DNA of 64,000 bases from Isurus oxyrinchus (lineage: Eukaryota), in contig JANJGN010000034.1 of the NCBI GenBank assembly GCA_026770705.1, forward strand, positions 17,484,001 to 17,548,000, written 5' to 3'. The notes beneath the pieces are model-generated. The model did not search any database, was not told the origin of the DNA, and saw only the letters and a program-made list of their open reading frames with translations. The stretch's first letter is position 1; the number at the start of each line of letters is the position of its first letter. A program made the position numbers and the translations under genes. Of the stretch, positions 61,761 to 64,000 are shown piece after piece.

Positions 61761-63658
61761 GGTTTCAGCAGTACATTAGCTGAATGGGGGGAGATGCATA
61801 AGTTAAATAGTGGATCTAATTCGCATTTGAACTGTAATGTTTTCTCTTCCAGTTTGTCCAACCCCAGACCCAAGTGTAACTCCTGCAGTTGATCATCAGA
61901 AACAACACAACACAACCGAAGGTAATACCGTGTGAAATTTTATAATGTTAGATGAGATGTCAGCTGTGGTTCAGTGGCTTCAACACTCACCTGAGTCAGA
62001 TGGTCATGGTGCCAAATCCCCCTCCAATAGACATGGGGAGAATTGAGCACAACACCACCTAGGCGGTGCCACTCCCTCTGGCTTCTCCCTGAGGGACCAT
62101 CTTTTTTTTTATGGGATGAGAATCCCAGGTTGCCATTTGCCTTCTCTGGTGGATGTACATGATCCCAAATCTCCAGCACAAGCTGGGTTTAGTTGAAGGC
62201 CCTTAATGCCTGAGCTTTAACATTCCCAAAGAAATGAAAGCAGTGAGTTACTGATCAGTGCTCCTTGTAAATCAAGCATCGGAGTGTAACCATGTGAAGC
62301 TTGGGATGTAATGTACCAGCAGGGAGGTTATATCTGTGGATAAATACTTTCATTCTTTCCCTGGTGACTTTCCTGTGCCAGTTTCTGGGTTCCTTTGGGA
62401 GCAGCTTGTGCTGCCCTGTACCTACAAAGGGAGTGTCCCAGTCTCAGATTTACTGGCAATTTGGGGGACATCTCAGCATGAATTTTTATACAAGTTCATC
62501 GCTGGGAATGACGATTTGACAGGACAAGGCCCACGGTTCAGAAACAGAACAAAACTGTTCAAAGATCAACTGGAACAGGGCAGCTGGTTGGTTCTGATCT
62601 CTGAACTCAGGAAGTCTGACCAGTACCAGCATCAGTGTCACATTTACAGGAGCACGAGTGTGGGCTATTATTGGGAGCAAACTGATCTCGTTCATCTCTC
62701 TGCAAGAGGTGAGAGGTTTCTATTTCAGGTATTCTGTATTTAATCTCTGATTGTATGGGTTCGATACTGCAGTGGTTATGTTACTAGCCTAGAAATACAG
62801 AGGCCTGGACTAATAACCAGAGGATGAGAGTTCAAATGCCTCCATGGCACTTTCAGAATTTAAATTCATTTATTAAGTAAAAATCTGCAAATATAAAGTT
62901 GGTCCCAATAAAAGTGACCCTGAAGCTGTTGGATTGTTGTAAAACCCCAACTGGTTCACGAATGTCCCTTTAGGGAAGGAAACCTACCGTCCATACCCAG
63001 TCTGGTCTCTGTGACTCCAGTCCCGCAGTAACCTGGGTGACTTTTAACTGACATCTGACTTGCTCGGCTACATCAATCAGTTTGTATCCAACCATGAGAC
63101 AGAAAATAAGAGACTAAAATTGAACAGATCACTGGTTGTGACCCAAGTATGGAATCAGGAAACAACAAGGACCCACCCAGCTCAGTGGACTCTGCAATAT
63201 CCCCTCCCTAAAATCTGGGGACTAGTGTCCATGTTGGGAGAGCTGGATGATATAGTCATACTCACTGATGGAAGGAGTTAACAGTGTTATCAAGCTTCCC
63301 CCCCCCCCCCCCCCCCCCCCCCCCTGCCCCCAGCTGATGAATCAGCACTCCTGCATATTGAATGCCCCTTGGAGGAAGCAGTGAGGGTAGTGAGGACACA
63401 GAATGTACTGAGTGGGGTCTTCAATGTCCTTCACTAAGGGTGGGTCAGTAATACCACCACTGATCAAACAGGCTGATCCCTGAAGGACAGAGCTGTCAAA
63501 CTGGGTGATGGAAGGAGTTATTGGAGCTATCAAGCTGCACTCACTCTCAGAAACGTGAATCCTGGGTGGATTCTCTCCACAGGGGGATGTAGGCTGCTGG
63601 GAATGATCCTGCTCAGGATAACTCTGGAAAACTTCCATTATACCCCACCACCCCCCAC

Positions 63659-63660
<2 letters not shown>

Positions 63661-63731
<71 letters not shown>
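63661..63731. repeat. (CA)n microsatellite, ~35 units; poly-C tract at about 63298-63323
   Basis: Direct reading. Confidence 0.97.
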
Positions 63732-63735
<4 letters not shown>

Positions 63736-64000
63736 AATGCAATCCTGTTGGATTTTTCACTCTGTTGACCCTGTTACTGATCCTTCCCGATTAGTTTGAT
63801 CCAAATCTCGTTCCTCCCTGGATGTGTTTCCCTATAGCCGGATAGAATCTTTGAACGTTTCTGCAGTTTGTTTCACACACAACACTAAACACATGTTGTT
63901 TTCTTTAGAGCGAGCTCATACACACCTGTAGCAGATAAATCTGTTTCTAAACTACTGCATGTGTTTTCAGCTCTTACTTTTGAACGTGCTGCAGAGACAG

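Larger units (their letters stand above)
58120..63934 (+). pseudogene. Diverged copy C of the IgV gene, probably damaged and running off the window (leader exon 58120-58183, V exon 62364-62708, stalk exon 63909-63934)
   Basis: Leader GHNLRKLLLLLLLFNVVVAAL has intact splice sites. The V exon is open with both Cys, but its acceptor reads TG instead of AG and the Tyr corner is Y>H. The stalk exon is 26 nt with an AT donor. Confidence 0.7.

Overview
Eukaryotic, repeat-dense DNA with the repeat landscape of a cartilaginous fish (shark/ray): SacSINE1-like DeuSINEs, tRNA-SINEs, CR1, L2, Tx1, Vingi and Penelope elements. The window is a tandem segmental-duplication array around a small family of spliced, single-IgV type I membrane protein genes with a B7/butyrophilin/MOG-like V domain. 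Copy B (31936-38687, 6 exons, 238 aa) is intact. Copy A (12847-17980) is a pseudogene. Copy C (58120 to beyond the window end) is older and damaged. Between the genes lie 5-6 kb units that look like gene copies whose exons 2-6 were deleted. Each complete short unit keeps a promoter made of a 43-bp CCAAT + GC-box + NF-kB tandem module in variable copy number, a 7-codon ATG first exon (MDGKELQ) and a pair of CTCF-like motifs. A young, near-full-length Penelope retroelement (26100-30383; 15-bp TSD, 5' inversion) carries three minimal hammerhead-ribozyme motifs with a variant core. Two minisatellites derive from a SINE (33 bp) and an L2 LINE (37 bp, in a fold-back arrangement). Most long ORFs in the supplied track are transposon relics or minisatellite read-through. 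Repeat-family names are by recognition, not database search, and repeat boundaries are approximate.
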